Source of the DNA: Octopus vulgaris
Lineage: Eukaryota
DNA: 64,000 bases
Reading direction: 5' to 3'
NCBI GenBank assembly: GCA_951406725.2
Contig: OX597818.1
Location: 104,098,001 to 104,162,000, forward strand
Part shown: piece after piece, positions 12,149 to 25,760 of the stretch
Position numbering within the stretch: the stretch's first letter is position 1
Layout of the letters: each line of letters opens with the position of its first letter
The notes under the pieces: generated by a model
What the model saw: only the letters and a program-made list of their open reading frames with translations
Database searches by the model: none
Told to the model about the DNA's origin: nothing
Translations under genes and position numbers: made by a program

Positions 12149-13028
12149 ATGCAAGGTCTCAGTCTAATGTCTGAGAGAGCAGAAGATTAAAAGGTATGTA
12201 CGGGTTTTGCGTGCACGTTTGTTTCATTGTTTGTTTGCGCACGCGCGCGTGTGTGTGTGTGCGTGCGTCTGTCTGTCTGTTCGTCTGCCTTTAGTTGTAA
12301 GAACGTATGTAGTTGTATAGTTGCCTAGCTGTATAGGTAGCTTTGTTTCCCTGCAAAGTTTTGTATATTAGAGAGATTCAGAGAGTCAGAGATACAGAGA
12401 AAGCGAAAGAGAGAAGAGAGAAAGAGTGAGAGGCAGTGAAAGAGACAGAGAGATGGAAGAGCGAGAGAGAGAGAGATGGATTATATGTCCGCATGGTTGT
12501 ATATGTATGTACATATGTGCCTGTATCTATGAGCGTGAATATGTGTGTGTATACATGTATACGTATTTGTGCTTGTGTTTGTCTGTTTATGTGTTAGTGT
12601 ATTTGTGTGTGGCTTCCTAAATGCATTCACTGTTTATAGAAAAATGAATTACGAATGGTTAAATGATATGAATGAAATTCAAAAAGGAAAATGGATTTTC
12701 ATTCTGAACAAATGGATTCTATAATTATCTCGGCGTATATATGTTTTACATACTTATCTATCAAGAATGCTGTCATTACACCATTGCTTCTTTGTCACTC
12801 AGTGCTTTTCAGCTTCACCATTTGTTAAATATACTCGTCTACAACTCTTTGCAGTACTTCTTCGAATCAGGAGATATTTTATTCATCCGTTTCTTTTTAA
12901 AATCCTCCTTTCACATACAAACTCTTCTTTCTTACCTCCCACACTCTTTCATTTCCTATTTCTATATATTCGCACATACACACACACATATACATCTATT
13001 TACATATATACAAATACATGTACACGCA

Positions 13029-13066
<38 letters not shown>

Positions 13067-13126
13067 TGTTAGATTCCACACTCTTTTACATAATTATAAC
13101 GATAATGGAGATGCTGACGATGATTA

Positions 13127-13184
<58 letters not shown>

Positions 13185-13198
13185 GGTGGTGGTGGTAA

Positions 13199-13252
<54 letters not shown>

Positions 13253-13286
13253 GAGGAGGAGGAGGAGGAGGAGGAGGAGGAGGAGG

Positions 13287-13316
<30 letters not shown>
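13127..13316. repeat. Compound trinucleotide microsatellite (AGT)n(GGT)n(AGT)n(AGG)n(AGA)n
   Basis: Visible directly. Confidence 0.95.
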
Positions 13317-13318
<2 letters not shown>

Positions 13319-14435
13319 TAGTCATGCCTTCTCTTGTGGGTAGACGCATTTCTGCTGGATCCGACATGGCCGTTTTCTTTTTCGATAATTACAAAATATT
13401 TTATTTTTTCTTTCGACCACTTTACGGATAAAGAGCATTTATCTGTGGGAAGTTGCCGCCAATATCTTGGGAATGACAAGAAAATTTTCAGGTTTTATAT
13501 TTTCTGGCATTTAAATTTTCCGTTATATCTTAAGAACATGACGCCAACAATAATATATATATACAGGAACATTTTAGTTGAAGCACCAACTCCTCACTTC
13601 ATACATTAATGCACGATTCAATGTAACACAAAAGTAATAATATAAGGCAATAAGTGCGGTGTAGATTCTAGGTTAATTTTCACGATTGTGGAGCAATAGG
13701 TGCAGTTCATAAGCAAGATCACGAAATATTTTCCATGGTCTGGATAACGTGGTCGATAAAAGTTTTATATGGTTTGGATTGCATGGTATTTCAAGTCGTG
13801 ATGACCTCTTACGACAACAGGGTCACTTCAGAGAAAATAAAACAATTTTGTTGATGGAACAGAGCAGAAGTGTTGGGTGTTATATATGTGGCAGCATGAA
13901 TCGGTTTGGTAGTTGTGTCCGGAGAATAAATGAAATACAAATAGATCCCAAGGTTGTTGTCGTTTTAGTAACAGCGCTGTAAAGTGTTTCGTATTCGGAG
14001 AAGAGAAATCAGCTCATTGTCAATACCAGAAGCTCGCCTGGATGCTGAATGATGTTCTCCGGCGATTATGGCCAGCGGTATGAGTAAATGAAATGTAGGG
14101 AAGAGAATAGCCAACAACGGTATATCAACAAAAATCATTAATCAAGACTAAGCACCATTCCAGTTTACTGTTGTACTAGATGAAGAGAGTGAGAGATGAT
14201 GAGATACTTCAAGCCACTACCAAATATGTCATGATTCAAAACAAAATATGAAGAATGGTTGTAGCCCTGCGCCAAGGGTATTATATAAGCAAGAGAGTTA
14301 TATGTTCAATGCCGAAATAATCCATGAAGATCATTTATTATAAGAGGAAAAAAATATGCACCGGACAGGTTAATAGAAATGTATCCCTTGTATGCTGTAA
14401 GCATAACAATATATGCACAGTGACATTGGTAGTTA

Positions 14436-15279
14436 TTGGGCTGTCCGGAAAGTTCGTGCCGATTTTTAAAGGAAAGAAAAAGGTCAATAAATACTTCCCA
14501 TTACATTTTTAATCAACCAAATATGAACCATTTTGTTGCACAATACGTCTCCGTCCTTCCTTTAACTTGAGAATGCCCTCTTCCCAGAATTGAGGTGGTT
14601 TCATGGCAAAGAATTCATCAAGGTATCCTTTTACGTCATCCAAGGAATTGAAATTTTTACCATTAAGACTATTCTGCAGAGACCTGAATAAGTGGAAGTC
14701 CGAAGGAGCAATATCTGGTGAATATGGAGGGTGGGGTAACACATCCCAGCCGAGCTGCAGCAATTTTTGTCTGGTTCCCAAAGCATCAAGTGCCGAAAAT
14801 GAACTTTCTTATCTTCCATTTTAAAGGGTTACATAATTAACACAGGTTATAGGAATGTAAACCTTCCTCCACGAAAAGATAGCTTAAACTGTGCTATCAA
14901 GGTATCTTTTAACGTCATACAAGGAATTGAAATTTTTACCATTAAGATTATTGTACAGAAACCTGAATAAGTGGAAATTCGAAGGAGCAATATTTGGTGA
15001 ATATGGAGGGTGGGGTAACACATCCCAGCCGAGCTGCAGCAATTTTTGTCTGGTTCCCAAATCATCAAGTGCCGAAAATGAACTCTCTTATCTTCAATTT
15101 TAAACGGTTACAAAATTAACAAAGTTTATAGCGACATAAATATTTTTCCATGAAAAATAGCTTATACTGTGCTCTAGATGGAGGTGTAGTCAAATCCTAT
15201 TTTATGGACTCAACCATGTTCTAAAATAAGTCGAAAGTTAAGCTACTATAAATCGGTATGAACTTTCCGAACAACCCAA
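14436..15279 (-). mobile_element. Internally deleted mariner element with both TIRs and an internal ~279-bp tandem duplication
   Basis: TIRs ttgggctgtccggaaagttc / gaactttccgaacaacccaa flanked by TA. Transposase C-terminus LGWDVLPHPPYSPDIAPSDFHLFRSLQN is fused directly to the N-terminus MEDKKVHFRHLML. Confidence 0.9.
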
Positions 15280-16142
15280 TACGAATCAATGCAACTCAAA
15301 AGAAGTAAACCGTGAGTTGATTTCTCCAGAACTCAGTACAAAGAGAGACGGAAAAGTAGAACCGCGAGATGTTGTGGCCCAACCAGCCCCAAACATGTTA
15401 GTCTTCTTCACAATTAAAGTTTATTATAAATGTGTATTCCTGTTATTATGATATCTTTTACTTTGGAAGTTATTTAACTTAGCTTAAAGGCGTATTGAAT
15501 GTACGTGCTTAATCCCCCTTCGATTTCAGTCAAGTTTAATTTGCGAGATAACTATGGCAATGTAATAACACTAATCAAAGTTAGATATTTCACAGCTAAT
15601 CTGCATTGCGTTAATACAAAATTGAAAATGAGTTGAATGATTGTCCGTTAATATCTAGTTGCAAACTAGGAAAGAGTGACCGAATTAAAGTAATTTGATT
15701 TGAAGCAGGAGGGGAAAAAAACGACGTGACCAATAACAGTATAAAAATGTAACTATGATTTCAGTTTGAAAAGAATGGGCTCGTTCACGCGCACGCACAG
15801 GCATGTGTGTGTGTTTATGTGCGTGATATTTTGGACTAATGAGTATACGTCAAATAGTTAGCTGATCTATTAAGTAAAGCAGTGCCACAGTTTGGGTTCT
15901 CTGGTGTCATCTGCAGTCGGGGTGTATTTCTATCGGATTTACTGCAGAAATTTTGCAGTGTTAGTTGAGACAATAATCGATTATATAATCAAAGGTTAGA
16001 TTTGATATAACTCTTTATATTATACGACGATCGTTTCGCCCCGGTTTGCTACTACACACATACGTACATAGATGTATGTATGTATGTATGTATGTATGTA
16101 TGTATGTATGTATGTATGTATGTGTATGTATGTATGTAAGAA

Positions 16143-16432
16143 GGAGCGTGGCTTAGTCATCGGTATCTTCGGCTCACGATCGGAAGGTCGTGAGTTCAGT
16201 TCCCGGCGACGCGTTGTGTCTTTGAGCAAGACACTTTATTTCACGTTGTTACAGTCCGTTCATCTGGCAAAAATGAGTAGCACCTGTATTTCAAAGGGTC
16301 AGCCTTGTCACATACTGTGTCACGCTGAACCTCTTTGACAACTGCCTCAAGGGTACATGGGTCAACCACTTGAAAATTAATTTCACGTGCAGACTGTTCC
16401 GTTGATCGAATCAGCTGGCACCCTCGTCGTCG
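16143..16432 (+). mobile_element. tRNA-derived SINE family B (CORE/Meta-like central domain)
   Basis: tggcttagt..gagttcagttccc head, then gtgtctttgagcaagacactttatttcacgttg. Related copies at ~20518-20700, 33676-33803 and 33905-34230. Confidence 0.75.
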
Positions 16433-16787
16433 TTTATATGTATTTACAGAAAGATAGAGATAAAAATAAACAGAGAAAGAAACAAATTCAAAACATACGC
16501 CATGACAATCTTACAAAAACATGTATGGATTATATAGAAAGTATAAACGCAGGCTCGTTTTCCTTGTTTCTTATTTATACATACATGCATGCATACATAC
16601 ATGCATACATACATTCATAAATACATACGTACATACATACATACATACATACATACATACATGCATACATGCATACATACATACATACATACTCACATAC
16701 ATACATACATACATACATACATACATACATACATACATACATACATACATACATACATACATACATACATACATGCATACATACATA

Positions 16788-17185
16788 AAGTATGTATCAT
16801 AGAGATTAACTGCCCTGCAGATATAAATATCTCTTTGACAATCAAAGAAAAAGAGGATATCAATGGACATCTGCTTCGAAACCTCGAGCATTCATATCCA
16901 GACTATGAATTCATATTCATGTCAATAATAATTGGAGCACTAGGTTTTGTTAGTAAATTCTTAAATGAGAATAAACTGTGATTTTCGGAAAGAGAAATTA
17001 GCTGGCTAACTCGTACATTACAAGTGCTATCTGTGAGTGGAATAGTAAAAATATGCAAGACTTTTTTCAAGTTCCAAATGAGAATTTGTCTGAGTTAACT
17101 ATATCCCAAGAATAGAGCCCTGTATCTTTGTTGGAAACCGGCTCCATCCTCGGTGTAAGATTTATTAATAATTAGAAAATAGAGA
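16788..17185 (+). mobile_element. 5'-truncated RLE non-LTR retrotransposon (second family) embedded in (TACA)n
   Basis: Translates to VCIIEINCPADINI..KEKEDI..IIIGALGFV..LQVLSVSGIVKICKTF (RLE C-terminus, one stop), followed by a short UTR. (TACA)n lies on both sides. Confidence 0.75.
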
Positions 17186-17850
17186 CATACAATACATACA
17201 TAATTACATAATACATATATATATATATATATATACATACATACATACATACATACATACATACATACATACATACATACATACATACATACATACAAAC
17301 ATATATATAATGACAGTGGAATAGAAGAGAATGTATGTGATACAGAAACGTTAGTTCATGAGGTGAAATTCTGTTTTCCGTCCTCTTTTATTCCCTCCAC
17401 TTTCATCAGTATTTTCCTTGTCCCACCCTCTTATAATTATTTGTTCTCTCAGCCAAAGACACATACGAATCCTGCACACATCAACACACATGCATACAAA
17501 GAGACAAATACATACATGCATACATGCATGCATACATACATACGTACATACATACAGCTTTACACTGAAATCTTGTAGATGGGAGTTTATAGAAAGTACT
17601 TATCTAATCGACGCAAAGTTTATAAAGAGATTCAAATGCCACGAAAGGTGGAAAATAAATTAATCTTTAAAAAATAAACTAATCGTTTTACATTTAAATT
17701 GGATGAATGATATTTAAGAAGCATTCCGTTTTCACGCATTATGACTGGGACAGTTAATTATAATGAAAATTAAATAAATATTTCTAAGTTATTTAAGATA
17801 ATTTGTTTGTAATAAGTTTATGTATGTATGCTTGTATGTATGTATGTATG

Positions 17851-17923
<73 letters not shown>

Positions 17924-18233
17924 GAAAGAACAGGGAGAGAGAGAAGTAGAGAAAAATAGGATGGAAGGTTATAATTTTCATTTCCTTTAAGCGTAGTGAT
18001 AGGAATAAACACTTTTCGAACAATCAAATATGCACATATCGCAATGGAAAAGTAGATATAACTAAAGAAGTGGAGTGAAGTAATCACGTTCATTAGGTTA
18101 CATCTTACCCTTCTATAGGAATCCTAAAGTGCAAGCTTCTGTGGCAGAAACAGTTGTAAGCAAATGATAGGCATTATGCAACTCCTGTGTGACTCTCATT
18201 CAATATATACATATGCATACACACTCACAGATA

Positions 18234-18280
<47 letters not shown>

Positions 18281-18281
<1 letters not shown>

Positions 18282-19277
18282 GGTGTAGGCGTGGTTATCT
18301 GGTAAGAAGCCTCCTTCGTTCCCAACCACATGGTTCTGGGATCAGTTCCACTACGTGGCACCTTGGGTAGGTGTCTTCTCCTATAGCCTCGATACGGTCA
18401 AATACTTGTGAGTGGATTTGGTAGATAGAAACTGAAAGAAGCCCACAATATATATATATATATAGTAAATTCAGGGTGAATACTTGATAAATGTAAGCAC
18501 CTGTATATGCCAGCTAGTAGCATAGGTGAGAGGATATATGTATCAAATGAAATAAAATGAAAAACAGGACACAAAGGATGTCGCGGTACATATGTTTCGA
18601 GCTTTATAGAACAACTTATTCTTACATCAATGCATAATCGACATAACAGGTAGTTTAAAACGGTATGGACGATTTTTTGGAGTCCAATAATACTCTGTAC
18701 GCCTATTTGATTATGAAGATTTACAAACATACTTTCCCAGTGATACTCGGTTTATCTACCATTACAAATAATACCAAATGTTCTTTCTCAAACCTTTCAT
18801 AATGTGGTACAAGTCCTTGGTGTAGCAATTGCATGCGGCTGAAGGGGGCTTTTAAACTACCTATTATGTCGATTATGCATTGATGTATGAATAAGTTGTT
18901 CTATAAAGCTCAAAACATATGTACCGTGACATCATATGTGTCCTGTTTTTTTAATTTTATTTCATTTGATATATATATTTATATAGCGGACTTACATATA
19001 TAGATATGTCTGTCTCTCTGTATGTATGTATTTATTTGTGTGTCTGTGATTGTATCGCCCCTCCCCCCATCAATGCTTGACAACCTATGCTCGTTTTTAT
19101 GTCCCCGTATCATAGCGGTTCGGTAAAAGAGACCGATAGAGTAAGTACTAGGTTTGCAGAGAATAAACCTGGGGTCGATTTCGTTGACTAAAACTCTTTA
19201 AGTTGGTGCTCCAGAATGCCTGCAGTATATGACTAAAACATTGAAAATAAGAGAAAAATGACTAAAAGAATAAAAAG
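18281..19277 (+). mobile_element. SINE family A copy split by a ~500-bp nested insertion
   Basis: Head at ~18281-18450 and 3' half at ~19040-19277 both match the copy at 10365-10792. Confidence 0.75.
18534..18978. repeat. ~127-bp inverted repeat (18534-18660 / 18850-18978), probable Penelope-like insertion
   Basis: The arms are close reverse complements. The right part carries a degenerate hammerhead-like motif. Confidence 0.75.
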
Positions 19278-19539
19278 GTATGCGTATATATATATACATA
19301 TATATATAAGTATATACGTGTGTGTGTGTGTGTGTACATTTATTTGTGTGTTATAGACTTATTTATGAGAGACAGTTATAACTGTCTTAGATTATTGGAA
19401 TTTTGCTAATTTAGCTGTACATCTTATAAGCTGACATCCAGATTGATGGAGTACTTTGTGGTGGTTCTAATAAAAACAGCTTGTCACAGCTGACTGGCAC
19501 GCAGAATGAAGCCCGGACGAGAATGAAATTTGGAAGCTT

Positions 19540-20510
19540 GCTATGAGAAAAAAGGGTTATGTTAAACTGGGCAAAAACACTACAGTTACATATTAAATAC
19601 TTCAGACTCGTCGTGGATTAACTTGTATGCGTGGAGTATATTATTCGCTGGCATAATAGGCCAGGGACTGAGAAGATGAGAGACAATGAGATGTACGGGA
19701 GATTGAAGGACGACAGAATATCATAGCTTGTGGAGGAAATTCAAAATTTGCTATATGAAGAGCTTAACTGCAGATGGTGTGGTCACTGTACTGATATTCA
19801 CGAAGATCTGAACATGCGCAAGCTTTGTCTGTTCTGGTGCTCAATGACGAACGGAAGGTAAGACTCGTTGGTGACAAAATTGAGATGTTTGAGTTGATTA
19901 GCACCAATCCAACAATACTTGAGTTTCTAATGACGTGTGAGGAAAGCTGAATCTATTGTTATATTCCAGAGACCAAGAGACAAAGTGACCAGTGGAAGCA
20001 TCTTTACATGCATAGAACGATGAAGGCTAGGAAAATCAAGTCCAGCTGAAACGTTATGATGATCCACTCTTTTCGATAGCAAATACATCATTTCCATTCA
20101 CCGCTTTCCCTCTTGCCACACGGTAAAAAACGATTACTTTGTGGTGATTTTGAGGGAGTTCAGGGTATGATGGCGCTGCAGAATCCAGAGCTCTTTCACT
20201 CAGGTGGCATCTGCACACACCCAATACATCAGTCCACTTGTCCATCCTGGTAACGAACTACTTGGCAGATATAGGTATCAGAAATGTCTTTCCCTTTCCT
20301 TACACACAAGATCCTGCACTTTGTAACTGTTGGTTGTTTTCTAATCTGAAGTAAAAAGCTCAATGGAAGCCGTTTTGAAGATATTGAAAAGATGAAGGCG
20401 GCTGTGGCAAGTTTCCCAAATGGCACTCGCACAGCGGTTAGGGTTATCCAATATGTGCATTGGAGTCAAAATATCCGAGTTTGAAAGAGACAAATGCATT
20501 GTACTTGTTT
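19540..20510 (+). mobile_element. Heavily decayed mariner transposase relic
   Basis: Fragments VKLGKN, LMTCEES*IYCYIPETKRQSDQWKH, FPYTQDPALCNCWLFSNLK*KLNGSRFEDIEKMK. Confidence 0.75.
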
Positions 20511-20747
20511 GATGTGTGGAGACGCGGGGTTTAGTAGTTTGGGTGTTAGACTCATGATAGTAAGATTGTGGTTTCGATTCATCGACCGGGTGATACGTCG
20601 TGTTCTTGAGTAAAACATTTCATTTCCCGTTTAACCAGTCAACTCAGCATGCAAAAATGAGTATACATGCTACGGACTGGCGTTTTATCTAGTTGGGGAA
20701 GTCAAATTTCTCTCCTGGAAAAGTCTCAACATTTTTGGAATGCGAAT

Positions 20748-20813
<66 letters not shown>

Positions 20814-21357
20814 GGAGGTAATAGCACAGGGATTCATCACTAAATGAAGTAAATTCTAATCTCAAATTTTAAAATTTCTAATACAATTTTCAGGCACTAA
20901 AGAGAATGTAAGCAGCACTAATTAACTGTTTCATTTCTGTTTGTATTTTTACTTCGATAAGCTACGTGAGGTAATTCCTGCGTATAATCCCCGAGGCATT
21001 GTTCATTTGCAGCAATAATGCATAAGTTAACAGGGAGAAGATTACAGATGCTACACGTAATTCCATATCAGCTGGTGACGTTAGGACGAACTATTTTAAT
21101 CCTGATAAAAAAAATGACATGTACATTATATAAATCTGCGTATACTCTTTTGTTACTTATTTCTAAGACTTTTATCAATGTATTCGTATCTTAATAAGTA
21201 GCTGCAAAATATATACATTTTTTAAAATTTAAAAGCATGTGTATTTTCGGCTGTTTTGTATAGTATTTCATTAGCACTTTAACATAGAGACAATAAGGTG
21301 TCTATGGCCTTGCATGAACGTAGGAAGATATGTAGGCAGTCAGACAGGTAGGCTGTT

Positions 21358-21707
<350 letters not shown>

Positions 21708-22276
21708 GTACGTAGCTTGTTAAGTATGCATGTATGCATGTTGTCTTTTATTTTGATTCGGTCTAACCGTCTTCTGAGAAAAGAGCTGGTTTCTAACAAG
21801 GATACAAAGCTCTATCGTTGAAACGTAGGTGAAGACGCAAATTCACATTTTCAAATTGAGAAAAGGCTTGCATAATTTTACTTGTATTCGCAATGTGTGA
21901 ATTAGACGGTTGAGTCTTTTCTTCTTCTGAAAACTCGCGATTATCAAGATTGTCAATTAAGTATGTTTCCAGAAACCAAATGTGCCGATTCTCATCTGTA
22001 GAATTAGTGCAGAAAGACAAAATTGTGCTAGAAATTTTAAATTATGTATAGAAGTTGGAAATTTCGAAGCAGTTGTCCATATTTACCCCATTTTTCTTTG
22101 ATTCACAGAGAGGACTTTGCATCAACATGATAAACAGCAATATCCAGCCTGTTGTTTACACTTGCCAGATGTGTGGATGGGAATATATTTATTGTTTTGA
22201 TACTTATGTATGTGTTCAATACCAAGTGTGTTCTCTAATTATACTCCAGGACAGTCTTGTTTCCGAATGCATTCTA

Positions 22277-23518
22277 CGAGGAGCGTTCAATAAGTAATGC
22301 CCCTGACCCACTTGTATTTGTTTGATCTAGCTGAAATTTTGCATGTGCACTTATTTATACCTCTATAGATTAAGTGGCGATTAAGCTCTGAACTAATTGT
22401 GGTTTCTGATTTACAGGTGTTTGAACTGAGTCAAGTGTGAAATGGAGCCTGTTGAGTGTCGAACAGTGATCTGGTTTTTGTATTTGAAAGGACGCACACC
22501 ACGGGAGACTTTTGATGAAATGAAAGTAACTTATGGTGATGATGCCCCATCATATGACCTTGTAAAACGCTGGCATTGTGAATTCAAACATAGTCGGAAC
22601 TCTGTGGAAACAGCTCCCAGATCTGGTCGCCCCCTTCTGCCGTTGATGAGACATCTGTCCGTCAAGTTGAGGCTGCCATTTTGGAAGGTCAACGCATAAC
22701 TATTCGCCAAATAGCCCATAAGGTCAAGATTAGTACCGGGTCTGTGGAAACTATCATTCATGACCATTTGCATATGCAAAAGGTGTCTGCCAGATGGATT
22801 TCCAGGTTGGTCACACCTTTCCAGAAGCAAGAACGCGTTGAGTGCTCGAGGATGAATTTGGAGATGTGCCAAGAAGATGAGTCAAAATTTTTCAAAGGAC
22901 TTATCACACAGGATAAAAGCTGGGTCCATCACTATGATCCATAGATCAAAGCCCAGTCAATGCAGTGAAAGCACCGTGACTCACCTCCTCCAAAGAAGGC
23001 AAGGTGCAGCCCTCCGCTGACAAGGTTATGCTCACAGTCTTCTGGGACCAGGACGGAGTAGTGATGATAGATTTCCTGGCAAAGGGTACCACAATTACAG
23101 GAGCCTATTATGCTTCACTTCAAAATCAAGAGGCGGGGCAAGATCAGCAAAGGCATCCTCCTCCTGCAGGACAACGCTCCGGTCCACAACTCGCGTCGCC
23201 AGATCAGTAGCACAGGCGTGCAGCTATGAACTCCTCTCCTTGCACCCTCTGATTTTCACCTCTTCCCAGCCATGAAGTTGATTTTGAAAGGAAAGCGTTT
23301 CCCAGATGATGCAGCCTTGATTTCTAAAGTCACGTCGTGGTTGGAGGACCAAGCTGGGGTCTTCTACAAAAACGGTCTCTAGAGCTGTATCAAACGATGG
23401 GAGAAATGCATAGCTCTGGGTAGTTCCTATGTAGGAAAAGACTAATAACTGTGCCAAGTGTCGTTGCTCTGCTGCTATGGGAAGTGGGTCAGGGGCATTA
23501 CTTATTGAACGCCCCTCG
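22277..23518 (+). mobile_element. Near full-length mariner element with frameshifted transposase pseudogene
   Basis: ~37-bp TIRs cgagg(a/g)gcgttcaataagtaatgcccctgacccactt flanked by TA. Transposase pieces from ATG 22442: YGDDAPSY, KVSARWI, ITQDKSWVHHYDP, KVMLTVFWD, LLQDNAPVH, APSDFHLF. Confidence 0.93.
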
Positions 23519-23708
23519 TATAAACATACATATATACATCCATTTATGCATATATGTAGGTGAGATTAAGTTAGAACTTATAACAGCCTTCTAAGGGATA
23601 ACTTGTATCTTACGAATCCAGTGGTGTATTACCTATATTTAATCATGGGCATTGGTTTTAATGCTCATAAATGATAGGTATTGATAAAAATAGAGTTCAT
23701 AAATATTC

Positions 23709-24146
23709 AAAAGGAAAACAGAAAACGGAGGTACAATTAATGGATAACAATTGACTTGCATAAATTATTATTTATTAATCAATTACAAAAAGACAGAATC
23801 TCCATTTACAGCTGTTTCTGCACTCGGTCGACTGTTTCACAGGAGGTCAGCTTGTAGCACCAATTAATTATCAATGTTCTCACTTTCTGCTTTTTCTTCT
23901 TTTTCTTTTTATTTATATTTTATTTACTTGTCCGCTCAGATGAACTTTCGTGATTCAATTTAGTATAACTAATTACCTACAATGATAACTATCATTTTTA
24001 CTATTGTGGCAGTTATAACTGAGAAACATGCTAATAGAAACAGCTGTAAGTACAGATTCTATCTCTTTGTAAATAATTGATAAATGATAATAGCTGTAAA
24101 TCAAATGTTATCCATTAATTGTATCTCCATTTTCTGTTTTCCTTTT
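23709..24146. repeat. ~110-bp diverged inverted repeat (23709-23819 / 24036-24146), probable Penelope-like relic
   Basis: The arms are reverse complements and each begins with GAAACAGCTGTAA. Confidence 0.65.
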
Positions 24147-24317
24147 ATATAGATTATGGGTGAGATTCCCGAATCGAGCGACGCGTTCTGTTCTAAAGCA
24201 GAATGCTACATTTCAAATTCAGGAAGTGTTGAACTGGGCAGCAATGTGGTGCCATTAAAAGGTTAAAACAATACAAAGCGCATTGAGACCAACGATGTTC
24301 TGGTCGGTAACGTAATT

Positions 24318-24376
<59 letters not shown>

Positions 24377-24484
24377 AGAGAGAGAGAGAGAGAGATGTAT
24401 ATATAAACAGTTTTGCTGTTTGTTTCTCTGGAGGCTGACAGAATGATGCACAGGGATGTAGTACCTTGGTGTTTTGTTCCGTCT

Positions 24485-25760
24485 GCTAATCCCATGCGTG
24501 ATGTCTTCTAGAGTAACGTGACGTATTCGATATTTTCAGCTGTGTCTTGGAGCTCCAAACGCTTCACTGTCTTTATTCTTTGTTTTGTATTTCGTACAAA
24601 TCCCTTGGTCTTGCATTGCAAATGCGTAGCCTTCGAAGTGTAATGTGATGTGGTGGTGACGATCCATGAGAGGCCGCGCTTCATGTCGATAGTATCGTTT
24701 TCTCCAGTTTCTTGGGCAACGTACATATCGTTGCTATTAAGGTAAACTGTCGTATGTCCAAATCTGGCCAAATGCGTTGTGTCAGCATTTAATTTTGCTT
24801 GCAATTGCCGGTTCTTTTTTGTCAAGTTATCGTATTTCCAGCTGCTTCAGATGCCAAGATAAGAAAATTCTCAAAGTGCGGTACAACCGTTTAGCAATTT
24901 AAAAAAAAAAAGTGCAGTTAGTCCCACATACGACAGTTTTGCAAAAATATTATACATGCCTGGAGTTACGATATTCTGCACCCTAGAAACTATTATTGTT
25001 AAGTTGAAACTGTTGCTAATGATAAAATAAATTAAATAGTGAAACTATTTCTCGTTTTCTGAAAAGGCAACGTTTTGGACTTACGACACTTTTGCATAAT
25101 AGCAACGTTATGCATTTTTTTTTGGTTTATTGAGTTCTTGTTTAGAATGCTGAGCGTTTCACATCCCGGTCTTCTTTGCGGTACGTTAGCTCGGTTGTTC
25201 CGATATTGTATGGGAGATCAGCAGGGAGAAGGTAATTACTGAGGACCTCACTGGCGAGTAACTTTCTGCACTAAATTTATGTTTGTTTTCGTGGCTGTTG
25301 TTGTTATGAAGACTATATGACATTCGACGGTTTTCTGCAATGTCCTCAAGCCTCTACCTTCAGCTTCTATGAGGTAGAGCCTCTCGATATCACAGTTTCT
25401 ATGGAAGTTGCTATCTGACGTCAGGATCTTGCGTGTTGTAATATCTGCGGACTGTATTTTCTTTACAAACTAATCAAATATTCCAAATGTTGGTATCAGT
25501 ACTGAGCACAACAAATGCATTGTGTGATATTATCTAGATATATTTAGAGATCCAGTTGTCTTGTATAATGTTTACAAGACACTCTTTCCTCGTATGATAT
25601 GTTTTCATCAATGCATTTGTATCTGTAGCATTCTCTGTGTGGAGCAAGAGAGAAAAACAGACCAGTGAAGCACGGGATTTGGGTTTGCGGGAGAGACATT
25701 CAACAATCAAATACGAAAGTTTCTCGGAGGAATTCTGCTTTAAGTATGCCATATAAGATA
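24485..25760 (-). mobile_element. Decayed RLE (R4/Dong-like) LINE internal fragment
   Basis: Minus-strand pieces VLIPTFGIFD*, DITTRKILTSDSNFHRNCDIERLYL..EGRGL (~25330-25520) and FEGYAFAMQDQGICTKY..LEDITH (~24490-24640). Confidence 0.7.
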
